Assembly: GCA_040751795.1 (NCBI GenBank)
Contig: JBFMHR010000003.1
Coordinates: 289,597-353,596 of the forward strand
Origin: Thermoplasmatota archaeon
GTDB lineage: Archaea > Thermoplasmatota > Thermoplasmata > UBA10834
Length of the DNA stretch: 64,000 nt
Reading direction: 5' to 3'
Positions 10,071 to 18,168 of this stretch are shown here, piece after piece (positions within the stretch are counted from its first letter, which is position 1; each line of letters starts with the position of its first letter). Below the pieces are notes generated by a model, which was not told the origin of the DNA, did no database searches, and saw only the letters and a list, made by a program, of their open reading frames with translations. The translations under genes and the position numbers were made by a program.

Positions 10071-10685
10071 ACATTCCGACTGAACGGACACGGACTCCCG
10101 CGTTACATTCGAGAGGGGGACAAGGTCGAGCGCATCTATCGGGTACTGCTGAGCAGACGCGGGGCGGGCCAGACGTGGTATCGTATCGCCAAGGCAGCTG
10201 ATGTGAGCTACGGCTGGGCCCATCACATCTTGCAGAACTTGGAGCGCGACGGCCTGATTGATGGGTCAAGGGTAATCGAGCCCCGATCACTGTTCTTGAA
10301 GTGGGCGCGGAGAAGGGATCGCAGGCTATTTCGAGAATACAACATCCAGGAGCCAGATGAACTCATCTCCGAATCGAAACTCGACCACGCATTCACTGGC
10401 TACTTCGCCGAGAACCACCTGGGTCGGTACCTGTTCCCGCGTTTGCGGGAATTCTACGTCAAGGCGGATGACAGAATGAAGTGGCATCAGCTCCTCACGA
10501 GGCATGGATATGTAGGCAGGGGGAACACGCTGGTTCTCCTGGCCGACGACCATGTGTTCTTCGAAAGACAGAATGTCGACGGCTACCCTCTTGTGTCTAC
10601 ACAGCAGCTGATTGCCGACCTTTACCGCACTGGGGCTGAGTGCGCAGAGGCAGCTGACATCTTGGTCTCGAAGGTCTACCCATGA
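10056..10685 (+). CDS. AbiEi-like type IV antitoxin (wHTH + C-terminal domain)
   Basis: N-terminal HTH (YRIAKAADVSYGWAHHILQNLERDGLI); C-terminal LVSTQQLIADL...EAAD typical of AbiEi-like proteins; ATGA overlap with a nucleotidyltransferase gene. Confidence 0.7.
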   Translation: MRYIVTFRLNGHGLPRYIREGDKVERIYRVLLSRRGAGQTWYRIAKAADVSYGWAHHILQNLERDGLIDGSRVIEPRSLFLKWARRRDRRLFREYNIQEPDELISESKLDHAFTGYFAENHLGRYLFPRLREFYVKADDRMKWHQLLTRHGYVGRGNTLVLLADDHVFFERQNVDGYPLVSTQQLIADLYRTGAECAEAADILVSKVYP

Positions 10686-11482
10686 CCGTACCGCTCTATG
10701 ATCCGCAGGAAACCGATGCGGCATTGACAGCCCTTGGGGAACTCTCGAGGTCGTTGCCAGAACCATTCCTCCTCATGGGTGGATGGGCCGTCTACCTCAC
10801 CGTCAATGAGTCCTTCAGCAGAGCACACGGATCGCCGTATCTCGGTTCCCGGGACATCGACGTATGCTTTCACGTCGAACCCGATCAGACCGTGGAGGCT
10901 CTGCGTACCAGCACGTTCGCCAAGGCCTTGAGCATCGTCAGAGAGGCTGGCTATACACCCCACGGCTCCTTCCGATTCTGCAAGGTGATCCGCAGAGTCG
11001 ACGGAATGGTTCTGACCGAGGAGGCAGCGAAGAGGCATCCGCTCCACGAGACCTCCTACCTTTACGTCGATATGATGGTGGACAACGTACATCCGCAACA
11101 CAAGCACATCTTCAGATGCGACCCGCTCGATGAACCCCTGGCGGCTCGTGTGTTCGAAAGCGGTGAGGTTGTCCGGCGATCATTGGGGGACTTCAGAGTC
11201 CACACTCCTGCTCCGGCGTCCCTGCTCGCCACAAAACTGAGGTCTATTCCCAAGCGACAACTGGATGACAAGCTCTGGAAGGATGCATGCGATATCTACT
11301 CTCTCATATGGCATTCATCGGAGGACTATTCGTCAATACTCGCGAAGGTGAGGAAGGAGTATCCCGATGGTTGCTCGGCGGCGCGTGGGGCGATGACGGA
11401 TGAGGTCGTGGCTCGGGCCGCCCATCATATCGGAATCGGGGACGATGAGTTCGCGAGCGTTGTCGATCTCCTGGATGGATGA
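10682..11482 (+). CDS. AbiEii-like nucleotidyltransferase toxin
   Basis: LMGGWAV, GSRDIDV, LLATKL and KDACDI motifs of the AbiEii/DUF1814 Pol-beta superfamily. Confidence 0.75.
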   Translation: MTVPLYDPQETDAALTALGELSRSLPEPFLLMGGWAVYLTVNESFSRAHGSPYLGSRDIDVCFHVEPDQTVEALRTSTFAKALSIVREAGYTPHGSFRFCKVIRRVDGMVLTEEAAKRHPLHETSYLYVDMMVDNVHPQHKHIFRCDPLDEPLAARVFESGEVVRRSLGDFRVHTPAPASLLATKLRSIPKRQLDDKLWKDACDIYSLIWHSSEDYSSILAKVRKEYPDGCSAARGAMTDEVVARAAHHIGIGDDEFASVVDLLDG

Positions 11483-11630
11483 CGCGACGCTTTCCGCAGA
11501 CATCCTCCAGACTCCGCCTGGGCAGCATGCCCGAAGCCGGAGGATTTCAGACGACGCCATGCCCGGCACCCCCGGTGCAAAAAACCCCTTGATTTCTCGG
11601 ACCGATGACTATACTGGCTATGCCTAGGAG

Positions 11631-11805
11631 TGGGGGCAGAGGGATTTGAACCCCCATCGACGGGTTTCCTCCACGCGGAGAGCGACTCCGCGCGTTCTAC
11701 GGACTATGGGTCATCGCTCCAGTTACTCATCACTGGTCAGCAAACCCAACGGAAATCATTCCCATAACTGGAGCCCGTAAGGATACCAGGTTACCCCATA
11801 CCCCC
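11631..11805 (-). tRNA. trnW: tRNA-Trp(CCA) with ~102-nt intron at 37/38 (11666-11767)
   Basis: Acceptor GGGGGTA/TGCCCCC-A, anticodon arm ACGGG-CTCCAG|intron|A-CCCGT, T-arm GGGGG-TTCAAAT-CCCTC; CCA end not encoded. Confidence 0.93.
11666..11767 (-). ncRNA. Box C/D guide RNA inside the tRNA-Trp intron (predicted Cm34 and Cm39)
   Basis: C-like AATGATT, guide TTGGGTTTG + D' CTGA, C' GTGATGA, guide TAACTGGAGC + D-like ATGA, terminal stem TATGGG/CCCATA; the N+5 rule gives C39 and C34 of the same tRNA. Confidence 0.85.
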
Positions 11806-11829
11806 AGAGTGGTTTGGACGCCGGGGAGC

Positions 11830-11937
11830 CTACTTCTTCCTCAGCTTCTGAGCTCTCTTCCGTCTCCTCATCTTCTTCTTGCGCCACTTCCATCGCTGCT
11901 TGCCGCGCTTCTTCCAGGCACGTGAGCTCCTCTTCAT
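11830..11937 (-). CDS. rpl41e: Ribosomal protein eL41 (L41e/eS32), 35 aa
   Basis: MKRSSRAWKKRGKQRWKWRKKKMRRRKRAQKLRKK; RWKWRKKxMRR signature; GGGAG RBS and TATAAAA upstream; too short for the ORF track. Confidence 0.88.
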   Translation of the reverse strand: MKRSSRAWKKRGKQRWKWRKKKMRRRKRAQKLRKK

Positions 11938-12005
11938 CGGTCAGACTCCCTCGCGTCTTTTGGGCGTACAACGCCCCCCTTTTATATGTCTTTTGGAGGC
12001 CAAGG

Positions 12006-12129
12006 CGGGCCGGTCGGGACTTTCGGGCGCTTCGGGCGCCTTTCGAACCCGAGACCACTGGCTTGCCTCACCGCCCCTTAAGGGGCGGATTAGAAGGCCA
12101 GTGCTATATCCTGACTAAGCCACCGGCCC
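12006..12129 (-). tRNA. trnR: tRNA-Arg(UCU) with two introns: 37/38 (12064-12090, 27 nt) and 59/60 (12020-12041, 22 nt)
   Basis: GGGCCGG/CCGGCCC-G acceptor, CTGGC-CT-TCT-A|..|A-GCCAG anticodon arm, TCGGG-TTCGAA|..|T-CCCGA T-arm; both introns form bulge-helix-bulge motifs; removal gives a 75-nt cloverleaf. Confidence 0.9.
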
Positions 12130-12264
12130 ACGCCTGGCCTCGGTGTAGAAGAGCCGCCGCCGTATTAAAGCTTGGTTGCAGGCCCGGCGCCCAAGGCGAT
12201 AGTGCTCTAGCTCCCTGGCTCCGGGGTTACATTAAAAGCGATGCACAGCCCTCAAGGTGGTCGG

Positions 12265-13047
12265 ATGGCCGCGATAGAGATATTCGAACTCAAGAAGACC
12301 GACCTCCGCAACGCCGTGGTAATAGACGGCTTCCCGAGCGTGGGCCTGGTCAGTTCCATAGTGGCGAACTACCTGATAGCGCTCCTGAAGATGGAGTACG
12401 TCGCGGTCATGGACTCCGACCTGTTCCCGACGGTGTCCCTCATCAGGGACTCGGAACCGCTCGGGCCCGCGCGCGTATACGCACGCCCCCGCCTCAAGGA
12501 CGGGGAGCAGCAGGTCGTCGTCTTCTCGACCGAGATACAGCCCTCAGCGCAGCTCCTCAGGCCCCTGGGGACGGCGATCATAGACTTCGCCATCGCCCAG
12601 CGCTGCAGGCTCGTGATATCCGCGGGCGGCCTGATCGTGGAGAGGGGAGAGGACGAGGCCGGCCAGGAGGAGGAGATCGGCGAGGTCGCCGTCTACGGCA
12701 CCGGCAGCACGGACGCGGCCCAGGAGCTCCTGAAGGAGGCCGACGCGGAGCCGTTCCTCGAGGGCGTGATCTCCGGCACCGCGGGGGTGCTGCTCAACGA
12801 GGGCAAGAGGAGGCAGGTCGACGTCATCACCCTCCTCGCGGAGGCAAGGCCCGACGTCGCAGACGCCAGGGCGGCCGCGCTGATACTCGCGGCCATTGAC
12901 CAGATGGTCCTCCACATGAACCTCAACGTCGAGCCGCTGTGCAAGGAGGCGGAGAGGCTAGAGGCGCAGCTGAAGGTGCTGCACAAGGACGCCGCGCGCC
13001 AGAGCAGGGGGCAGTCACCCAACAACAAGGTCGAGGGGTACTACTAG
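12265..13047 (+). CDS. PAC2-family proteasome assembly chaperone
   Basis: VVIDGFPSVGLVSSIVANYL, GVISGTAGVLL, DARAAA motifs. Confidence 0.9.
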   Translation: MAAIEIFELKKTDLRNAVVIDGFPSVGLVSSIVANYLIALLKMEYVAVMDSDLFPTVSLIRDSEPLGPARVYARPRLKDGEQQVVVFSTEIQPSAQLLRPLGTAIIDFAIAQRCRLVISAGGLIVERGEDEAGQEEEIGEVAVYGTGSTDAAQELLKEADAEPFLEGVISGTAGVLLNEGKRRQVDVITLLAEARPDVADARAAALILAAIDQMVLHMNLNVEPLCKEAERLEAQLKVLHKDAARQSRGQSPNNKVEGYY

Positions 13048-13285
13048 GCCCAATCAATTCGCTCAGGGTGCCGGACCGTGAACCAGAGCTGTCGGGGCAG
13101 GCCCGTGGATGTCATCCGCTCTCCGCTGGGCTGCATGCAGGAGCGCGGTTCCAGGCCCGTCTGGGTGCCGCCGCGTCACGTTTCATATAGCTGGGCGGAG
13201 TTCCGTTGACGTGCCCGAGTGACGCCGACCAGAGTATGCGGCCATCCTGCGGTTCGGCCGGGTGCGCCTCCATCTAGGTGAATCG

Positions 13286-14452
13286 ATGATCGAGTGGATC
13301 TACAACGCGCTCATAGTGTTGTTCGTGATCGCGTGGGTCCTGGCGGTGAAGAGGCCCGGTGCGCTCCGGTTCCTCGCCCCTCTCGCATCCAGGAAGAAGG
13401 TCACCCTCGCGATGGCGTGGACCCTCTTCCTCGCGTTGGCGCTCACCTTCGTCATCTCGTTCGATTACATGGAACAGAGCCACGACATCGATGATGCTGT
13501 AGAGGCAGCCGTCGAGAGCTACCTAGAAGGGACGAACCCCTACACAGACCCCGTGGTGCCGCGGTTCAAGGAGATGGGGCACTTCGTCCTCTTCGGCGGG
13601 CTCGGCGACGGCGAGATCGAGTGGGCCTACGGGCCCTACAACTACCTTCCTGTTGACTTGCTGTTCTACGCTGCGTCGTACGAGGCGATGGGGGGTCTGG
13701 GTTCCCCATACTGGTTCGTCCTGACGAACCTGCTGCTGTCGTCATTCGCCCTCGCGCTCCTCAACAGGCTCCTGAAGGTGGATTGGCTGTTGTACGCCCC
13801 CGCCGCGGGTTGCATCGTCCTCTTCCTCGCCTTTGACAATACCAGCCTCACGCTCCTCCTGATGGTCGCCGCGGTGGTCGCCAGGGAACAGCTGCGTGCG
13901 CACCGCGAGGTCGCATCCCTTGTCCTCCTGGGGGTCGCATCCCTGACGAAGGTGTTCGCAGGCATCCCGTTCGTGTGCTTCCTCCTGCGCGACATTCAAT
14001 GTGCGCTGAAGGCGAGGGACTGGCGGTCGCTGGCCCAGACCGGTGCCGCCGCGGCGGCCTGCGGACTGCTGGCCTTCCTCGTCATATATCCTTTCGGGAC
14101 TTCCGACGTCCTCGACTCGACCGTCTTCATATACTCCAGCGGCGAGGAACGCGAGGACAGGCCCATGGGGGGCACGCTGCTCAGCGAACTCCCCCTGGAT
14201 AGCGACTACTACTCCGTGATCAGCATCGCGTCCATCGTCGCCGCCCTTGCCGTCAGCCTCCGCTTCAAGAACCTCAACGACAGGGTCCTCATCGTCTCCA
14301 TGGCCGTCCTGCTCGTGTCCGTGAAGAGCACGTTCGCCCCGTTCTCGGTGGTCGCGCTCTTCATCGTCCTGCGCGCCAGAGGGATCACCCTCGGCGGCAA
14401 GGGGGAGGTCGCTCCACCGGCCCCTGGAGAGGCCGTCAGGCCCCCGTCGTGA
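13286..14452 (+). CDS. Polytopic membrane protein, GT-C/GT87 (DUF2029)-like glycosyltransferase
   Basis: About 10 TM helices, GTNPY and YNYLP loop motifs, conserved LTK; AGGTGA RBS. Confidence 0.55.
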   Translation: MIEWIYNALIVLFVIAWVLAVKRPGALRFLAPLASRKKVTLAMAWTLFLALALTFVISFDYMEQSHDIDDAVEAAVESYLEGTNPYTDPVVPRFKEMGHFVLFGGLGDGEIEWAYGPYNYLPVDLLFYAASYEAMGGLGSPYWFVLTNLLLSSFALALLNRLLKVDWLLYAPAAGCIVLFLAFDNTSLTLLLMVAAVVAREQLRAHREVASLVLLGVASLTKVFAGIPFVCFLLRDIQCALKARDWRSLAQTGAAAAACGLLAFLVIYPFGTSDVLDSTVFIYSSGEEREDRPMGGTLLSELPLDSDYYSVISIASIVAALAVSLRFKNLNDRVLIVSMAVLLVSVKSTFAPFSVVALFIVLRARGITLGGKGEVAPPAPGEAVRPPS

Positions 14453-14621
14453 TGCCGACGGACGCCGTACCCTTACACGCGCCCGGCCGTAACCTGTTCG
14501 GGGCCCGAAGGTCGGCGCGGATGCCCATGCTGCCCACCCCGTTCTTCCTAAAGTAATATCTATTGTTTCAACCATCCGCAACAGAAGCGATGTTTAATCG
14601 CACGAACTTCGAGGTGTTCCG

Positions 14622-15959
14622 ATGGTAGCGCAAAAAGCTTCAATCAAGACCGAGGTCCCCGGCCCCAAGTCCGTGGAGCTCGGCAAGCTGCGGGAGAAGT
14701 ACCTGTCGAAGGGAGTCGGCATAGTCGCCCCGGTGTACATCGAGAAGGCCGAAGGGTCCCTCCTGTACGACGTCGACGGCAACGTCTTCATCGACATGGG
14801 GAGCGGGATAGGCGTCAACAACGTGGGCAACAGGCCCCCGGAGGTCGTGGCGGCGGTCAAGGCCCAGGCGGACAAGTTCCTCCACCTGTGCTTCCAGGTC
14901 ACCCCGTACGAGAGCTACCTCCGCCTCGCCCAGAAGCTCGCGGAGTCCGCGCCAGGCAAGGGTTTGACGAAGTCGGTCCTGTACAACTCGGGCGCCGAGG
15001 CGGTGGAGAACTCCGTCAAGATCTCGAGGCACTACACGAAGAAGCCGGCGGCCTTCTCGTTCGTCCACGCGTTCCACGGCCGGACCATGATGGCCATGGC
15101 CCTGACCTCGAAGGAGATGCCCTACAAGGCGGGGTTCGGGCCGCTGCCGGAGACCTACAAGGTCGAGTTCGCCTACTGCTACAGGTGCCCCCTGAACATG
15201 ACGTACCCGTCCTGCGGCGTCGCCTGCGCGGACAAGATCGACGAGACGTGGTCGAAACCCCAGTTCCAGGGCAAGGTCGCGTGCCTAATAGGTGAGCCGA
15301 TCGCGGGCGAGGGCGGTTTCATCGTCCCGCCCAAGGAGTTCTTCGCGAAGGTCACCAAGATCTGCAGGAAGCACGGTGCCGTGTACATAGACGACGAGAT
15401 CCAGACCGGCGCCGGGAGGACGGGCAGGATGTGGTGCGTCGAGCACTGGCCTGGCGTCGAGCCGGACATGCTGGTCAGCGGCAAGGGCATAGGCGGAGGG
15501 TTCCCGGTGTCCGCCACCACGGGCAAGCCGGAGATCATGGACGCGCCGCAGGTCGGCGGCCTGGGCGGCACGTTCGGAGGCAACCCGGTCGCGTGCTCCG
15601 CGGCCCTGGCCCAGTGGCCGGTGATCGAGAAGGCGTTGAAGAACGTCCCGAAGGTGAACGCCTACATGACGAGGAGGCTCTCCGAGCTGCAGAAGCGCTT
15701 CCCCATCATCGGCGACGTCAGGGGCATGGGCGCGATGATGGCCGTCGAGCTGGTCAGCGACCCGAAGGCCAAGACCCCGGCCGTCAACGAGACCAAGGCG
15801 ATCAAGGCCGCGGCGCTGAAGAAGGGCCTCCTGCTCCTGACCTGCGGCACCTATGACAACGTCATAAGGATGCACCCGTCGATGGTGATGCCGCCGGAGG
15901 TCCTCGAGCAGGCGATGGACATCCTCGAGGCCAGCTTCGCCGAGGCCGTCAAGGCGTAG
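14622..15959 (+). CDS. gabT: Class III PLP aminotransferase (4-aminobutyrate aminotransferase-like)
   Basis: NSGAEAVEN, FHGRT, DEIQTGAGRTG, SGKGIGGG, GGTFGGNP; substrate not proven. Confidence 0.85.
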   Translation: MVAQKASIKTEVPGPKSVELGKLREKYLSKGVGIVAPVYIEKAEGSLLYDVDGNVFIDMGSGIGVNNVGNRPPEVVAAVKAQADKFLHLCFQVTPYESYLRLAQKLAESAPGKGLTKSVLYNSGAEAVENSVKISRHYTKKPAAFSFVHAFHGRTMMAMALTSKEMPYKAGFGPLPETYKVEFAYCYRCPLNMTYPSCGVACADKIDETWSKPQFQGKVACLIGEPIAGEGGFIVPPKEFFAKVTKICRKHGAVYIDDEIQTGAGRTGRMWCVEHWPGVEPDMLVSGKGIGGGFPVSATTGKPEIMDAPQVGGLGGTFGGNPVACSAALAQWPVIEKALKNVPKVNAYMTRRLSELQKRFPIIGDVRGMGAMMAVELVSDPKAKTPAVNETKAIKAAALKKGLLLLTCGTYDNVIRMHPSMVMPPEVLEQAMDILEASFAEAVKA

Positions 15960-16106
15960 GCGCCCAGGCGCCCGAAACCCTTCTCAAACCCCCTCTTTGC
16001 TTCTCCAGGCGATGCCCCCTCAGGGACGGCCACCGGCCCGCCCCCTGTGCGAAACTATAAAATATACTTTCATTATTTCAAGTTGGCTTTAACGGAGGCA
16101 CACGAG

Positions 16107-17057
16107 ATGTCATCGAAGGGCATGAGCAAGACCTCCAGGACGGTCTGGACCGTCCTGGTAGTGGCACTGACGGGCGTTGCAGCGTTCACCGGCGGGTACT
16201 TCGTCGGCGCGATGGTGGCCGACACCGACGACGGTTTCACCGTCGTCGACGACTACGGCAGGACTGTGACCCTCGACGCGATACCCGAGAGGATCATCTC
16301 GATAGCGCCGTCGCCGACCGAGATACTGTTCGCCATCGGCGCCGGCCCCCAGATCGTCGGGGTGGACAACTACAGCGACTACCCCGAGGCGGCGGTCTCG
16401 CTCCCCAAAGTGGGCGACTACACCCTGAACCTCGAGGCGGTCGCGTCGCTCCAGCCGGACCTCATCGTGGGAGGCGACCTCGTCCCCCTGGCGCAGCTGG
16501 AGCAGCTGGAGGCGCAGGGGATACCGTACGTCCTCCTCGCTGACAGGACCCTCGAGGACGTCCTGAAGACCATAAGGCTCGCAGGCGTCATCACTGGCCA
16601 CGTCGCCGAGGCCGACGCGGTCGCGGACGCCCTCTCGGAGAGGATAGACGCGGTCAAGGAGAAGACCCTAGACCCCGGCGTCGTCAAGCCCAGGGTGTAC
16701 ATCGAGTACGACGAGTTCATGGGCCTCTGGACATACGGTCCAGGGTCCTTCGGGGACGACCTCATCATGGCCGCGGGCGGCATCAACATAGCGCACAACA
16801 CGAGCTCGGAGTACCCGATGGTCGAGAGCGAGTTCGTCATCGCGCAGAACCCCGAGATCATCGTATACACCACCGGGCCCTGGTCGACCCTCAACGAGGA
16901 CACCTACATCAACCGGCCCGGCTGGGACGTGATCGACGCGGTCGTCGACGGGGACATATACGGCATGGACGCGAACCTGATCAGCAGGTACGGGCCGAGG
17001 ATAGTGGACTGCCTCGAGATGCTCGCGGAGATCATCCACCCAGAGCTGTTCGAGTGA
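16107..17057 (+). CDS. btuF: Cobalamin/iron-chelate ABC substrate-binding protein (BtuF-like)
   Basis: DDYGRTVTLDAIPERIISIAPSPTEILFAIG, RYGPRIVD; N-terminal membrane anchor. Confidence 0.8.
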   Translation: MSSKGMSKTSRTVWTVLVVALTGVAAFTGGYFVGAMVADTDDGFTVVDDYGRTVTLDAIPERIISIAPSPTEILFAIGAGPQIVGVDNYSDYPEAAVSLPKVGDYTLNLEAVASLQPDLIVGGDLVPLAQLEQLEAQGIPYVLLADRTLEDVLKTIRLAGVITGHVAEADAVADALSERIDAVKEKTLDPGVVKPRVYIEYDEFMGLWTYGPGSFGDDLIMAAGGINIAHNTSSEYPMVESEFVIAQNPEIIVYTTGPWSTLNEDTYINRPGWDVIDAVVDGDIYGMDANLISRYGPRIVDCLEMLAEIIHPELFE

Positions 17058-17067
17058 GCAGGAGCCG

Positions 17068-18168
17068 GTGATGCACCCTGGGAAGGGAGAGGCCGAGTCC
17101 GCGGGCGTGGACTTCCCGAGGCTCATGAGGCGGAGGTTCGTATGGCTCGTCAGCCTCGCGGCCGGGCTGGCCGCGTCGGTGATCGCGGCGGTCCTCGTGG
17201 GCACCCTCGGGCCCATCGGCCCGGGCATCCCCGAATACATCTCCTTCAGGGAGGCCATCGGGGCCATCTTCCTCCAGCAGGGGGACTGGCCCTCCTACTT
17301 CTCTGACGTGTTCTGGGACGTGCGGATCCCCAGGGTCCTGCTCGCGGCGGCGGTAGGCGCGTCGCTCGCGTGCGCCGGCACCGCGATGCAGGCCGTGTTC
17401 AGGAACCCCATGGCCGACCCCTACATAGTAGGCGTGTCGTCCGGCGCATCAGTCGGAGCGGTCGTGGCCGGCCTGATGGGGTTCGCGACAATCGCGGTGA
17501 TCGGCGCGCTGATAACCCCTGCGCTGGCGTTCACGACCGCGCTCCTCACGGTCTTCGTGGTCTACTCCCTGGGCGTCGTCGGGGGGAAGGTGTACGTCAA
17601 CACCCTCCTCCTCTCAGGGGTCGCGGTCGCCGCGTTCCTCGGCGCCGTGGTCTCCGTGCTGATTTACTTCGCGGGCCAGCAGTACCACAGGATAATCTTC
17701 TGGCTCCTCGGGAGCCTTTCGCTCGCGTCGTGGTCGGCGTTCGCGGTGGTCGCGATCGCCGCCGCGATCGGGATAGTCCTAGTGTTCATATCGAGCAGGG
17801 ACTTGAACGCCCTGCTCCTCGGCGAGGAGACCGCCCACAACCTCGGCGTCGACCCGGAGGGCCTCAAGACACTAATGCTGGTCGTGGCCGCGGTGATGAC
17901 GGCGGCCGCCGTCGCGTTCACGGGCGTCATAGGTTTCGTCGGCCTGATCATACCGCACATGGTCAGGCTCGTGGTCGGGGCGGACCACCGCATCCTCGTC
18001 CCCGCGGCGACCATGTCGGGGGCGATATTCCTGATCTGGGCGGACACGGCCGCCAGGACGATCATCGCCCCCACCGAGCTGCCGGTGGGCATCATCACGG
18101 CCCTCTGTGGAGGGCCGTTCTTCCTCTACCTCCTCAGGAGGAACCGGCTGGCGGGTGAGGACCGATGA
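17068..18168 (+). CDS. btuC: FecCD/BtuC-family permease
   Basis: RIPRVLLA, FRNPMADP, LGEETAHNLG, GVIGFVGLIIPH, ELPVGIIT. Confidence 0.88.
   Translation: MMHPGKGEAESAGVDFPRLMRRRFVWLVSLAAGLAASVIAAVLVGTLGPIGPGIPEYISFREAIGAIFLQQGDWPSYFSDVFWDVRIPRVLLAAAVGASLACAGTAMQAVFRNPMADPYIVGVSSGASVGAVVAGLMGFATIAVIGALITPALAFTTALLTVFVVYSLGVVGGKVYVNTLLLSGVAVAAFLGAVVSVLIYFAGQQYHRIIFWLLGSLSLASWSAFAVVAIAAAIGIVLVFISSRDLNALLLGEETAHNLGVDPEGLKTLMLVVAAVMTAAAVAFTGVIGFVGLIIPHMVRLVVGADHRILVPAATMSGAIFLIWADTAARTIIAPTELPVGIITALCGGPFFLYLLRRNRLAGEDR

Larger units (their letters stand above)
9771..11646. mobile_element. tRNA-Trp-anchored integrative islet or remnant carrying an AbiE-like TA pair
   Basis: Direct repeat tgccta-tgaa-tggggcagagggatt (9771-9795) vs tgccta-ggag-tgggggcagagggatt (11621-11646, tRNA-Trp 3' end); exact 14-bp core ggggcagagggatt; interior visibly lower in GC; no integrase. 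Confidence 0.7.

Noticed and set aside
11756-12058. 100-aa acidic minus-strand ORF
   Set aside because: Overlaps both tRNAs; the real gene is eL41 in another frame.
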